Notes: generated by a model from the letters alone, not told the origin. A stretch of DNA of 64,000 nucleotides from Malacoraja senta (GCA_038087875.1 CM075988.1:2418001-2482000), one strand, 5' to 3'; positions 23,520 to 37,230 are shown, counted from the stretch's first letter. Made by a program: numbers and translations.

Positions 23520-24915
23520 CAACACCGCCACAATTCTCAACACCAATCCCCACAAGGATGTGTTCTCAGTCCCCGACTATACATTCACGATTGTCCAGTC
23601 AAATTAGTCTCTTACTACATCTACGTTTGCAAATGACACCATTGCTGGATCATGAACAATGATGAGACGGAGTGCAGGAAGGAGATAGAGAACTAAGTAA
23701 TGTGGTGTCAGGACAGCAACCTCTCTTTCAATGTCAGCAAGATGAATGAGCAAGTTATTGACTTCAGGAAGCGTGGTGGAGTATAAACGTTCATCAGCAT
23801 CTATGTGACAAAGTGAAAAGGGTTGATAGCTTTACATTCCTTGGTATTAATATTACCAATGATCTGTCGTGGACCAAACATATCGATGTGACAGCGAAGA
23901 AAGTACACCTCTACTTTCTTAGCAGACTGAGTAAATATGGCAGGTGGACACAAAATGCTGGCGTAACTCAGAGGGTGAGGCAGCATTTCTGGAGAGAAGG
24001 AATAGGCGACATTTTGGGTCGAGACCCTTCTTCAGACTGATGTCACGAGGGGGCTGGACAAAGATAGAATGTAGTCGGAGACAGTAAGACTAGTGGGAGA
24101 ACTAGGATGGGGAAGGGGATGGAGAGAGAAAGCAAGGGCTATCTGAAGTTAGAGAGGTCAATGTTCATACCACTGTGGTGTAAACTACCCAGGCAAAATA
24201 TGAGGTGCTGTTCCTCCAATTTGTGCTGGGCCTCACTCTGACAATGGAGTTGCCCTGGACAGAAAGGTCAGATTGGGAATGGGAGGGGGTGTTGAAGTGC
24301 TGAGCCACCGGGAGATCACCGGGTGTAAATGTGGCATGTCTCCAATGACTCTTACGGCATTCTAGAAAGCATAATGTCGGGTTGCGTCACAACTTGGTTT
24401 GAGAACAGCTCTGCCCAAAGCTGCAAGAAATTGCAGAGTTGTGGATGTAGCCTAGACGATCAGACGGGCCGGACACCCCATCATTGACTCCATCTACACT
24501 TCAATCTGGCTTAGAAAAGCAGCCAACTTAATCAAAGTCCTGTCACATCCCGGTCATTTCCTTCCCTCCATGCATTTATCGAGCAGATGATGCAGAAACT
24601 TGAAAGCTTGCACCATCAGACTCAGGAACAGCTTCTTCCTCTCTAATCAGGCATCTCACCGTCTTTTCATCAGCGGGGTAGTGTCCAATTCACCTCTTTC
24701 CCATTGAGGACGTTGGGATTTTTCTATGGAGCGGTTGTGCTTCAATGCTGAGAACTATATTCTGCTCTCTATGTCTTTCCCTTTGCTCTTCCTATTATAC
24801 GAGTTTAACATGATTGTACTTATGTATGGTATTTTCTGATCTGATTAGATAGCATGCAGTACAAAGCACTGTACCTTGGCACATGTGACAATATAGACTT
24901 AACCTGAAACCTAAA
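23520..24915 (+). mobile_element. Decayed Rex/Babar-like LINE RT 3' part with a nested Penelope fragment (about 23940-24320, minus)
   Basis: PQGCVLSP and FANDT remnants, VDSFTFLGINITNDLSWTKHI, tail GGCACATGTGACAAT. The nested piece matches the GIY-YIG/terminal module. Confidence 0.65.
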
Positions 24916-26362
24916 TCAACCTTGCAATGCATAAATTGGCTGCTGCAATTTACAACAGTGACAGCACTACAACAGTACTTTGTTTGCTGTAAAGTGTGTT
25001 AGAAATTCCAGAGCTGTATTATATTAAAGTGTTTAAGAAGGAACTGCAGATGCTGGAAAATCGAAGGTAGACAAAAGTGCTTGAGAAACTCAGCGGGTGA
25101 GGCAGCATCTATGGAGCGAAGGAAATAGGCAAAGTTTCGGGCCAAAACCCTTCTTCAGACTCTTCAGACTATATTAAAGTATTGTTTTCATATTTGAGTT
25201 ATATAGTTGGTGTGTCAACAATACCAGTATCGGGCAGTTTTGCCCGTGTAGTTGTGCAGACGACAAATGACAAATGAAGATAGGCAGTGAATGAATTAAA
25301 AACACATTCACCCACATTGAAACAATTTAACTTTTAGCCATTTTAGATCTGGGAGATCCAATTCAAGAAAGCAAACCAAAACGATCAATAATTGGATCAC
25401 AGCAGTCCATTCATCAGATAGATCCTGACAGAACAAAAGGATTACAGACTATGCACAAATGCTGAGCTTGCATTCACCATGTGAATGCAGTTTGCAGTCA
25501 GAACATTAGCCACAAAGCCCCGCCTGATTATTTCAGCAATCGGACAATAGTTTATTCAGAGTTTAACGTTCCAACAGGAAAAGTATTTTTTGTTCTCCCT
25601 TCAACTTTCAGCCGGTTCATATTACTTATCTTCACACTTGCTTTGTCTGCCTCACCTGTCACATCATGATGCCTCTAATGGGGTAGGTAATTCCTGCAGA
25701 CATCCTGAAACCACACAGGCTGGAACTTGGACATAAGGTAACATCATTGTGGCGTCTGGTATGCATTTCTACACCGTGCAGGTGTTCCTTGCATTACAGC
25801 TGTTGAGGTTACGGAGATGTGCCCTAATAGAATTCATAAATCACCACTCAAAAATGTGAGGTATGGAATAGAATTTGCTCTCATGGAATTTGTGTGGAAA
25901 AAAAAAAAAAAAGTAACCGATTGAACACAAAATGTATATATTTTTTTCAACAGGAGTTTCTTGACTTTGTGCTTGACTTGAGGTGGCAAGGCATTATGTA
26001 AAATCCGGAAACAGACCATTTTGTAGGAACACTGCAGGGGCTGCCTGTGCCAGGTTTGCTTTTGGAACTCTACACAAGGTGGTGACAACCTCAGTTTTGG
26101 CTTAACATACCTGATCTCGTGGGTTTATTAATGTCAGTTAGTGGTAAATGGAATTAAATGACTCTTGAGTATTGAGAAGTTTGCCTTGACAATCTCGCTG
26201 ATGTATTTGAATGTTCAGGCATTGCTGCTGGATTGTTAGACACAGAGATGAGCTGCCCGTTTCCAGAATGGTGGCAGGAGAGGTGAAAATGATGGAATGC
26301 AATCTGGGTCATTGTGTTCTGACCAAGGGATCTAAGCTCCATTTCCTCGTTCTTCCTCTATA

Positions 26363-26735
26363 TCTATCTATCTATCTATATACTTTTAAAACTCTGTGTG
26401 TGTGTGTCATTTTGCCTTCGAAACGTATCTCCTCGAAAACCAGACGCAAAAACGCGGAGATGTTTACATATTTCGGTAGGGATTTAACTTATGATTTCAG
26501 AAATCCACTCCTCTCTAAATTTGGTCAAATATTTCCCCAGATTTTGAATAAAATTGTTCACGCAACTCATTTAAAAAAAAAATAATCGGCGCTTGCCAGC
26601 TGCTGAGGTCACAATGCCCACATGCCCACCAATCGAGTGCGAGGGGGTAGTTAGTGTGTGTGACGCCACATGCCCCCCCCCCCTCGCAACCGCGCGTTGG
26701 GGGGGACAGACCCAACGGGTCTGCAATTGGTCTAG
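26363..26735 (+). mobile_element. Non-autonomous Helitron
   Basis: 5' A|TC start in a TCTATA-rich tract (exact start ambiguous), 3' hairpin CAGACCC-AAC-GGGTCTG at 26707-26723, then CTAG|T. No target duplication. Confidence 0.8.
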
Positions 26736-27064
26736 TATGATTATAAAATTGTGGTTTTTAAATGTATTTTGATTTTCGCTAAAATTCTTGTGAATTTTTC
26801 ATTTATCTGCAGTTTGTGGTCAGATATTCCGAGCAATGGCCTGAATAAAAAATACTTTCCCTCGTCCTCGATTTATTCTTTTGATTCCCACTCCATCACA
26901 GGATTTTTCCAAATAGCAACCAGCTAAATGCAACTATTGTATCTGCTTCCACCACCATTATCCCTGGCAGTGGATTCCAGACACTCACCATCCTCTGTGT
27001 GAAAAAAACTTCCCCACACATCTTTTGTAAAATTTGCCCATCTCAGTTTTTCTTTAAGGGATGT

Positions 27065-27557
27065 TGCAGCGTAGGTTTACAAGGTTAATTCCCGGGATGG
27101 CGCGACTGTCATATGCTGAGAGAATGGAGCAGCTGGGCTTGTACACTGGAGTTTAGAAGGATGAGAGGGTATCTCATTGAAAAATATAAGATTGTTAAGG
27201 GCTTGGACACACTAGTGGCAGGAAACATGTTCCCGATGTTGGGGGAGTCCAGAACCAGGGGCCACAGTTTAAGATAAGGAGTAAGCTATTTAGAACGGAG
27301 ACGAGGAAACACTTTTTCTCACAGAGAGTGGTGAGTCTGGAATTCTCTGCCTCAGAGGGCGGTGGTGGCAGGTTCTCTGGATGCTTTCAAGAGAGAGCTA
27401 GATAGGGCTCTTAAAAATAGCGGAGTCAGGGGATATGGGGAGAAGGCAGGAACGGGGCACTGATTGGGGATGATCAGCCATGATCACATAGAATGGCTGG
27501 CTTGAAGGGCCAAATGGCCTGCTCCTGCACCTATTGTCTATTATCTATTGTCTATTG
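27065..27557 (+). mobile_element. CR1 LINE 3' fragment
   Basis: Homologous to 21740-22230; (CTATTGT)n tail. Confidence 0.85.
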
Positions 27558-27896
27558 CTTCACAGGGTGAGCCAGGATTTAATTGTGCCTCCCTCATTGC
27601 CCTTGAGAAGTTGCTGTTAAGTTACGTACTTGAACCTTGAGGTGTGGATATACCCACAATGCTGTAAGGGTGAGCTTTCCCTGTAAGGGAGGGATTTTGA
27701 CCCAGTGATGATGAAGGAACGACAATAAATAGTCCTTGGCATAGTCTCTTTGCTCTTTATTCAAAGGAATGAAGGCTTGAGCAGTGAATGTAAAGCTTAG
27801 CTCATCGCTTTCTCCTTCAAAGCAGGGTGTCATCAGCATCCACATGAAAATTCAGATTTCAAGTGACATCCACATGTAGTGTGTAGATGAGGGCTG

Positions 27897-27982
27897 GTGC
27901 AAAGTCACTTGACTTCTTTCCTGCCTCTAAAATTATTCAAAAATAATTTTAGAGGCAGCAAAGAAGTCAAGTGACTTTGCAC
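27897..27982. repeat. Near-perfect inverted repeat (41-bp arms, 4-nt loop)
   Basis: 27897-27937 is the reverse complement of 27942-27982 with one mismatch. Confidence 0.95.
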
Positions 27983-28052
27983 TAGACAATTCTGCCCTAA
28001 ATTTCTTCTAGAATTTTCCCCTAGGTTCGTGTACTAAAACTGCTTATCCCCC

Positions 28053-28648
28053 TTTGCCGTCATTTACGCGACAGGCTGGTAGTGACTGACGCGCGACGGT
28101 CGCGCGTGTCATCATGCGTCCGCACAGCTGTCTGGAGCGCGTGATGTCATTTGAAGATAGGCACAAAATGCTGGAGTAACTCAGCGGGAGCGGCAGCATC
28201 TCTGGAGAGAAGGAATGGATGATGCTTCGGGTTGAGACTGTTCTTCAGTCTGAAGGGTCTCCAGAGATGCTGCCGGTCCCACTGAGTTACTCCTGCATTT
28301 TGTGTCTATCATCAATCGTCTTGGCCCCGTTCTGGGAGTAGGACTGGGGGCGGATCCGGATCCACAATGGCTGTGAGCCCCAGGCCGAGCTCGGCGATCG
28401 TTTGCCTGCTTCTGCTGCTGTTGGAATGTGAGACGTTGCGCCGCGCCAGAGTCTTGGGCCCGTCCCACTTTGGCCGTCAGTTACGCGACAGGCCGGTGGC
28501 GCGCAAAGATTTAGTGCAGGACGAAGTCCACGCTCCTCCACACCACTCCACACTCCTCCACACCACTCCATGCGCCCGCCCCGCGCTACCCACACGCTAG
28601 CAGGTCGCGTAAATGGCACGCGAATGACGGCCAGGTGGGACAGGCCCT
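28053..28648. mobile_element. PIF/Harbinger-like MITE(s) with a nested palindromic Penelope-derived piece (about 28155-28310)
   Basis: GGGCCCGTCCCACT at 28457 and GTGGGACAGGCCCT at the right end; related termini at 46853-47580. Confidence 0.55.
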
Positions 28649-28649
28649 T

Positions 28650-31600
28650 TACTATTCGAGGATCAGACTGGAATGTCAAGATTGTCCTTGGCTCCTTTGC
28701 TGTAGTCCCAATTAACATCAATTCTATATCTCCTTCATTTAACTTCAAAGCAGGCATGAATTCATGGGCATCTTTAGCTTTAAGACTGATTTTATTTGAT
28801 TAACTATCTCCACCATTTCTTCCATTCTCTAAGTCTATGGGGCTAGCCGTCCAGTATCCTCCACAATTGTAAACACAAACATACCTTTTCTGCCAGCTTC
28901 TTGTAATTCTGCTCCTAATCTCCTACCTAAAGTTTTAGTCTGCCCCTAATAAATAATTTCAGCTGGGCTCAGTCTAGATTTCCCTGCAGGCGTGACACGC
29001 ATCTGAAACAAAGCTATGGGAAGTAATTTGATCCAACCAATTCCTGGCTCCGCCTTCAATTTAGTTTTCAGGGTCTGATTTGCCCTTTCTACAAGTCCAG
29101 CAGCCTGTGATCAATAAACACAGTATAATTGCTGCTGAATGCCCAGCTGTTCACAGAACTCTTTATTAATTTACCCAATAAAATGTGGAACATTGTCTGA
29201 ACTAAATCGAATAGGGATACCAAATCTGGGGACAATTTCTCTCATTAACACCTTGATAACAGTAGCCGCTTTGTTATCAAGTGTTAGATAGGCCTCGACC
29301 CACCTGCTGAATCCACTATTACGAGTACATATCTGTATCCCTAGCATTTTTCTAGCTCGATATAATCCATCCGTCAAATTTCAAAAGGACCCATGGGCAA
29401 AGGTGTCTTCCCGTCTTCACAACCCGCTCCTTTTCTGGGAAATAAGGCAACAGCTACTCACTTTCTGGGTCAAAGTTTGTAATCTTGGATGCCACCAAGT
29501 AGATAAGAGAGCATCTCCAATTGCTCTCATACCGCAATGAGTCGCAAAATGCATACACACCACAACCCAAACTACAAGAGGATCAGTCATACAAGTCTGC
29601 CCTGCCGGAGTAATCCATAACCCCGTCAGTGGCGGCGTGCCTTGCAGCTGCGGCTCGCCTGCAGTCCGTTTGTCTTTTCTTTTTTTGTTTTCTTTTGTCC
29701 CGTTGTTGCGGTTTGTTTTGGTTTATTTTAGTTGTGTATGTGTGGGGGGGTGGGAGAAGCATGTTTTTTGGCTCTTCCTTCAGGGGGGATGCGACATTTC
29801 TTGCCGTATCCCCTGTCTCCGTCTCCGTCTGCGCTGAGGCCTAATCGCGGAGCTGGCGGCCTCCAACTGGGACCGACCTCGGGGCTCGGGAGGCAGAGCC
29901 AGCCGGGACTTGCCAGCGCGGGGCTGGCCGACTTCGGGACTGTGGTGGCGTTGTGACCCAACTTCCGACCCGACTTCGGAGCCTCAGAGGCTCGGCGAGG
30001 GCCAGTGGACGACATCGTCGGGAGCTCGCAGGTCACAGGTTGGTGACCTGTTTTTCCGTAGCTCCCGCAACAACAGCTGCGTCCGCTGGACTGGAGGGCG
30101 GCAGCTTCGGCAGCTTCGACCGCCCTGGGCCGCGGAGTTTGAACCGGCCCGTTCGGATTCAGCCGCGGGACTTACTTACCATCACCCGGCGGGGTCACAA
30201 CATCGGAGGCCTGGATCGCCTCAGCGCAGAGGGAGAGCAAGGAGGGAAGAGACATGGATTTTGGGACTTTTTGCCTTCCATCACAGTGAGGAGGTGCCTG
30301 GTGGACTCACTGTGGTGGATGTTAAACTGTGTTGAGTGTGTGTTTTTGTTATTTATTCTATGTTATGACTGCAGGCTAAACCATTTTGTTGCACTGAAAA
30401 GTGCAATGACAATAAATTGAATAAAAATCAAATAAAAATCAAAACAGTCTATTGTGTACCCAAGCTGTTTCCATAGTTTTACATCCCCTTCAGAAGCCTC
30501 TTCCTGCAACTGAATAATTTCCTGGATGGTTGGCATTGGCTTTTCCGAGGGAGACTTGTTACTTAAACCTTTAGTCTGCCTCATTTTTGGCACCACCATC
30601 TTACGTTCCCGGGATACTTCCTTTCCTGCTTGATCAGCACAACGATTACCAATGTCTGTCGGGATCTGTCCTCTTGTGTGTGCATTACACTTCATTACTG
30701 AAATTTGTCTGGCTAGAATCAGGGCCTTTAATAAATCTGTCACCAATTGCATATTAGATATTTGAGTTCCTGCCGAGGTTAGGAATCCTCTATTCCTCCA
30801 TAGTTGCCCGAAATCATGTACTACTCTGAATGCATATCTAGAATCTGTATATATGTTCACCCTTATAATGTTCACAATAATGCAAGCCCTAATTAATGCA
30901 AACAATTCAGCCTGTTGTGCTGAATAGGGTGACTCAAAGGCAGCTGCTTCTACATTGTTCCCATCTTGATCTATAATAGCATACCCAGACAATTTCTCAC
31001 CCCAGGGTTCAATGGATGTACTCCCATCTACGTACAACGTCATGTCAGGGTCCTCTATAGGAGCGTCTCTTAAATCCTCCCCTACAGATGTCTCCTCGAT
31101 TATAAACAAACAGTCATGTCCGGCCTCTGACTGCTCCTCTGGTGAAACTAGAAAAGATGCCGGACTAATTGTTGTACAATGTTTAAATTGGAGTTTTGGA
31201 TTGTTCAATAAGTAAATTTCATATTTATTTTGACGAGCCATTGTTAGGTGCTCAGTTTGGAGCTGTCCTAACAAGGCTGCCACAGAATGGGAACTGTATA
31301 CTACTATCTCCTGCACTAAGGTCATATTTGCAGCAGACTGTAAACTATTATAAATGGCGGTCAGGATCTGGGTGCATAATGGGTGTTCCCTTGCTACTGG
31401 ATCAAGTTTGGATGAATAATAAGCCACCGGTCTGTGCCCGTGGTTTTGGGTGAGGACCGCAGTCGAGTACTCAGAATAGTACAGTAGAGTTGGAAGGGTC
31501 TGTCACAGAGTGGTCTTCCTAGTGCTGGGGCCTGCATTAATGATCTCTTCAGATTTCAAACGCCTCCTGAGCCTCTTGGATAATTGGAATTTACCCTCCA

Positions 31601-32620
31601 AACTAGGGATAGGGTGTCAATTCTTTGGTATCTAGTGCAATATTAGGGATCTTGGGTCTTCAGTAATTCACCATACTATGAATTGTCTCATTTGTTTTGC
31701 TACTTTAGGAATAGGAAATTCACAAATTGGTTCGAGTCTGCTCTTTTCTAAACTTCTTTCTGTAGCCGAAATTATCACTCCTAAAAATGTCACTCTTTGT
31801 TGAGCCATCAATACCTTGGACTGAGAGACCACATATCCTAAATTTGCCAGATGATTCAATAATTGAGCAGTGTCCTCACGATTACTTTGCTCATCTATAC
31901 TAGCTACCAACAAATCATCCACGTATTGTACTACAGTGGAGTTTCTTTTAAAACGCAAAGTGCTTAACTGTTCTTGAAGACATTGAGAAAACAAGGTAGT
32001 TGAATGAATGAATCCCTGAGGTAGTCTTGTCCACGTATATTGTTGTCCCCTGTAAGTAAAGGCAAATAAATAGAGGCTGTTCTTATGTAGAGGTAATGAG
32101 AAGAAGGCATGTTGCAGGTCTACAATGGAAAAGATTCTTGCTTCTGCTGGAATTAGAGCTAGGATATGAGCAGGGTTTGGCACCAGAGTATGGAGCGGTT
32201 CCACAACTGCATTAATTGATCTTAAATCTTGGACTATCCTGTACTGGCCCTCTTTTCCTGCTTTTGGCACTGCAAGGATTGGTGTGTTGCAAATAGACTG
32301 GCACTTCACTAAGATGTCTTATTCCAGCAATCCCCGAATTAACTTGTCTATGCTGGGAATGGCCTGTTGTTTCAATGGGTACTGTTGTATCGAAGGCAGT
32401 GTCACCGCTTTCTGGAGAGCTACTTGGATGGGATCAATGCGAACACATCCTACCTGAGCTGCATTTTCTGCCCACACTTGCAGGTCCACATACTCACATA
32501 CCTTACTCCCCAGATGGAACCCAGCAGTTCCCACCCTTGCTTCCCTTAGCATCCTCAGAACGATCCCATCAGGTGCCACTATAATGCGCTTCAATATATC
32601 TAACACTTCCTCCTTCTTCA
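28650..32620 (-). mobile_element. pol: Degraded class I (epsilon-like) endogenous retrovirus: RT, tether, RNase H, integrase and an env-like fragment
   Basis: RT 32309-31668 (YRIVQDLRSIN, DLQHAFF, WTRLPQGF, QYVDDLL). Tether AYYSSKLDPVA. RNase H LYVDGS, SAQQAELFAL, IYTDSRYAF. Integrase HFATHCG, FSRWVEAY, IVPRFGIP..SSDN, LSPAEII. Several frameshifts and deletions; no gag or adjacent LTR. Confidence 0.93.
29627..30444 (+). mobile_element. Non-autonomous internally deleted LINE derivative (copy B), inserted between RNase H and integrase
   Basis: 5' GTGGCGGCG...GCAGTCCGT, hairpin 30277-30319, CAATAAA then A-rich repeat tail, CAGT at both junctions. Closely similar to 62440-63245. Confidence 0.75.
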
Positions 32621-33060
32621 TATGCTCTGAAGTAGCCCTCTCTTAACCTGCCAGCCTCCATGTCCTTCTCCCGGTGAATGCCAAGAAGTACTCATTTAGA
32701 GACTTGCTCAAATCTTCTGGCTTCACACATGGATTATCTCTTTGTTCCCTCACGGAACCTATTCATTCTGCAGCTGCTGTCTTGATTCTAATATACTTAA
32801 CATTTTAGGATTCTCCTTAATCCTACTTGCTAAACTAATTTTTTGACCCCCTTTTTCCTCATCTAATTTCTTTACTTCTATCCTGTATACCCTATAAAGC
32901 TCCAAGGATTCGCGTAATACCAATTTCCGATATGTGACATGCACTTAGCAAGCCTTCAATATTGTTAACCAAAGTTCCCCAAGCTTTCTATCTGTGCATC
33001 TCTTACACTTTTGACGAGATTTCCACCAATCTGCTTACCACCCAATTTACCATCTTGTGT
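32620..33060 (-). mobile_element. Old CR1 ORF2 fragment
   Basis: LASRIKENPK and NEYF remnants of the CR1 linker region. Confidence 0.55.
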
Positions 33061-35684
33061 GGGTGATTCTTCAGTAAGTATCTACTTTGGTGTCCCACTA
33101 CTTTGATGCTGTATATAAGGAAAATCTGTAATTCTATCCCATTCGTTCTTTTTCTATATTGTTAATAAACATAATCCTCATAAATAAGGATTAAACCCTA
33201 AATGAATAAAGTGTTGTTGGGTTTTTTTCCCCCCCGATGTTCGATGCCCCCCCAAAACCGCATGTGCCGATGATAACTAGTAAAATTTCAAGTCGGTATA
33301 TTTATTTAATGGGGATCTATCTGAAATTAAAATACTTTTAAACGGTAGGTATAAATAATTAAAATATTTATCAACCTTAAAAGAATTCCTCTATTCTTGA
33401 TAAAATTATAAATCTTAACTTTTTTTCAAAAAATTCTTCTCCCGATGATTGGAGTCATTTACCATCACGCCGTTGTTGAGCCGTCCCGCATGGCTATAAA
33501 TAGAATAGATGCGAACTTCCGGCCTCAAAAGACCGCGGAATTCAAAAGTCCCCTACCTTGTGAATTTCTCCTGATTCGCAGGATGCGAAGCGTGTGAAAA
33601 CTCAGTTTTCTGCTCCATAGCAGGTATGTACCTTTATTCGGCGTCATCTCCGAACGTTGCTGCACTCTTAGAAACATTTTTAAAGATCGTTCTTTTTTGA
33701 TTTGTTCTGGAGAACAAATTGTGCCATGTGCCATTCGGGAAAAGATATGGCCAGGCATGACCTTCCAGCGAGGCCATCCTGGACCCCAGCCTCAACCCCA
33801 GCCCTAACCCTAACCCCAGCCCTAACCCCAGCCCAAAAGATAGTTTTAGTCATCTCCATCACGTGACGCTCCCAAACTTGATCATCTCCACCATGCTGAG
33901 TCATATCCGTCACACGAGTATTTTATGCTCATTACGTGTAAAATAATACAATAAATAATTGATAAATGAACCGTATGCTTCTGCCTATTCATCTGAAATT
34001 AATATTGTTTTAGAGGAAGTTGGTGAAAAGTTATGTGAAGGTTACCATTCTTGCTGAAAATCACCACTTTTTGGGGTAGTAAACTACGAAGGTTTAAAAT
34101 CAATGCGTTAGACTGAAAAAGTTTTTTTTGGGTGGTTTATTTGAGAAAGATACTATAATTTGAAAGACTGCGACAACAATTTGATTTTATATTCTTAAAT
34201 CAGTTATATTTTGCAGTGTTGTTCATCATAAAAATATGACGGATATGACAATGCAATGGGCAACCTGGAAAAAGAAGAGGAAAGAAAAAATAAATTAAAT
34301 TCTCTAAGAGATTGCGCCAAACATATTTTTCCCACAGTAGAGATGTTCATCTATGTGAAACAACATTCAAAGTTGCAAAAACTTAAGTTTTATTTTCGGG
34401 TTTCCAGAAACTTAAAAGTAGACACTTACTGAAGAATCACCTGTGTATGAACATATGAATTAGGATCAGAAGTAGGCCACGCCAGGTGATCTGAGCTAAT
34501 CTGATTGTAACTTAAGCTACTTACACCCTATGGCTACTTTCTTCTTTTCTATATCTTCAATCTCTCTTTACCATCCCTTGAATTTATCCAACCACACCCT
34601 CTTTCCTTTTTTTACGCCAACCAATTAAGATTCCGAGCTGGAATCCCTCTAATTAATTTGGACAACGGCACAATTGTTGAGATGCTGCACCATTAGAAAT
34701 GTATGAGCAAATAAGGTTGAATTATAAACCTAAATACACATTACAAATGCCTGTCTAGCTTATCCTTCAACATAATTTTTCTTTGTTCATCTGCAAGGTA
34801 TGGTGTTGGCATGGCTGGCATTTATAATCTATGCCTACTTATCCCAATATGATTGGTTTGAGGTTATTCCAGAGACAAGTCGACGAGACCAGTGGGTTTG
34901 GAGATGACACTGGATAAGGATGGCAGATTTTCTCCTTTGAAGGACATCAGTGAAGACAATCATGAAACAACCTGACGTGTTTTTCCAACAATTTGTTGTT
35001 TCATGGTTATCTTTATTATTACGCTTTCTTATTCCAGGTTCCATTCACTCTTTGATCTTGAATTCTCTGACGACCACAATAGGATTCAATCTCACTTTCC
35101 AAGGTAAAACATCTTAGTCTATCAAAATTGCTCTTCAAGTTATAAATCTCCAATCACATTATTGACTAACTGATTGATAGTCAGCTCATTTGTCAGCATC
35201 TTTTCTTGGTTTTGAGGAAGGGTTTGGTCCTGGATTCATCGATCTACATTCTCATAGCAACTGCTGTCTAAGCTGCTCTTCTTGTTTGAATATCACCATT
35301 GTTATTTGAGATGCTTGTATGACTCAGAAATTAAGTTTGTTTCGTAGGGAGAGGGAAGTTAGAATGAAGAGAGTTATTGTATATATGGATGGAAAATGTA
35401 TATATGTCTTACTGAAAATAACGTTGAAACCTGATACAATTACTGGTTCTGGATTCTGTTGGACCAGATAATGTAAAATATAATGTTTCATCGTGTTCAT
35501 AATGAGACAAGAGGACATAGCCACTGGAAGTGGTTAAATTGAAAACTGATAGCAGGAATAATAATTCATTGAGTGAGTGAGCATCTTATGGTGCAGGCCT
35601 GTCTGGAGAAACAGTCTAAACAGATGGTATTGATCTTTTCAAATGTATTCTTCATAGAATTTTCAAGAAAAACAACATAACAGT

Positions 35685-36180
35685 GGGTGGCACGGTGGCG
35701 CAGCAGTAGAGTTGCTGCCTCACAGCACCAGAAACTGTCTGTGTGGAGTGTGTATGTTCTTCCCGTGACCGCATGGGTTTTCTCTCGGTGCTCCAGTTTT
35801 CTCTCACACTCCAAAGACGCACAGGTTTGTAGTTTAATTGGCTTCGGTAAAATTGTCCATAGTGTGTAGGATAGTGCTAGTGGATGATGATTGGTGGTTG
35901 GCGCAAACTCTGTGGGTCGCAGTTTCCGTTTCCAAGCTGAATCTCTAAACTAAACTAAACATTATGGTGGTTCCATGGTAGAGTTGCTGCCTGATGGCAC
36001 CAGAAAGCCGGATTCAATCCTGACTGACTCCTGCATGGAGTTGTACTTTGTCCCTGTGACCTGGTGGGTTTTCTCAGGGTGTTCCGGTCTCCTCCCACAC
36101 TCCAAAGATGTACAGGTTTGTAGGTTAATTGGCTTAGGTAAAAATTATAAATTGTCTCTAGTGTGTAGCATGGTGCTAGT
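35685..36180 (+). mobile_element. Two tandem V-SINE (HE1-like) copies
   Basis: GGCACGGTGGCGCAGC head, V-domain GTGTGGAG...CCCGTGACC, tail TCTCTAAACTAAACTAAA. Second copy is truncated near 36180. Confidence 0.75.
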
Positions 36181-36660
36181 GTAATGCCGGTTCTAATCTT
36201 ACCCCCCTAGTCTGGTTCAGTCAAACACCGAATACGAAGCACTGGTAATCAACTCTCTTTATTATCCAACACCAATACAATAAATAAATAGTCCAAAACT
36301 GCGGGTCAGATCCTTTTCTCTACTCGTTCAATCCCTTCAGCCTCGTGTGACTAGAACAACTCCAGAAGATCAGCACACTCCCATGCCACCACCATGAGTA
36401 CATAGGATCATGAGAGAAAGGGACTGAGCACACAATCCTGAGGAACACCAGTGTTTAGGGTCGGGGTGGAAGAAATGTTATGACCAATTCTAACCAACTG
36501 AGGTTTGCCGGTCAGGAAGTAGGAAGGCCAAAAGCCAGGGTTCAAGGTCAGAGGTTTACGAAGAGTTTCTTTGTTACTATGGTGTTCAAGGCTGAGCTGT
36601 AGTCAATGAGTACCATCCTGACACAGCTGTTTTTTTCCCGGTGAAAGTGATCAAAGTGAC
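36180..36660 (-). mobile_element. Possible solo or partial LTR
   Basis: Begins TGTAAT exactly where the SINE is cut; AATAAA on the minus strand near 36258-36263. Other terminus and target duplication not found. Confidence 0.3.
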
Positions 36661-36661
36661 C

Positions 36662-37230
36662 CAGTTGTACAGGGTCTTGGTGAGACCACACCTGGAGTAT
36701 TGCATACAGTTTTGGTCTCCTAATCTGAGGAAAGACATTCTTGCCATAGAGGGAGTACAGAGAAGGTTCACCAAACTGATTCCTGGGATGGCAGGACTTT
36801 CATATGAATAAAGACTGGATAGACTCGGCTTGTACTCGCTAGAATTTAGAAGTTTGAGGGGGGATCTTATAGAAACTTACAAAATTCTTAAGGGGTTGGA
36901 CAGGCTAGATGCAGGAAGATTGTTCCCGATGTTGGGGAAGTCCAGAACAAGGGGTCACAGTTTAAGGATAAGGGGGAACATTTTTCACACACAGAGTGGT
37001 GAATCTCTGGAATTCTCTGCCACAGAAGGTAGTTGAGGCCAGTTCATTGGCTATATTTAAAAGGGAGTTAGATGTGGCCCTTGTGGCTAAGGGGATCAGG
37101 GGGTATGGAGAGAAGGCAGGTACGGGATACTGAGTTGGATGATCAGCCATGATCATATTGAATGGCGGTGCAGGCTCGAAAGGCCGAATGGCCTACTCCT
37201 GCACCTATTTTCTATGTTTCTATGTTTCTA
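36662..37230 (+). mobile_element. CR1 3' fragment, same young subfamily as 19297-22233
   Basis: Near-identical to 21643-22230; (TTTCTATG)n tail. Confidence 0.92.

Noticed and set aside
26154..26342. Possible terminal exon ...ARLSRQTSQYSRVI*
   Set aside because: No clear acceptor or homology; cannot be supported.
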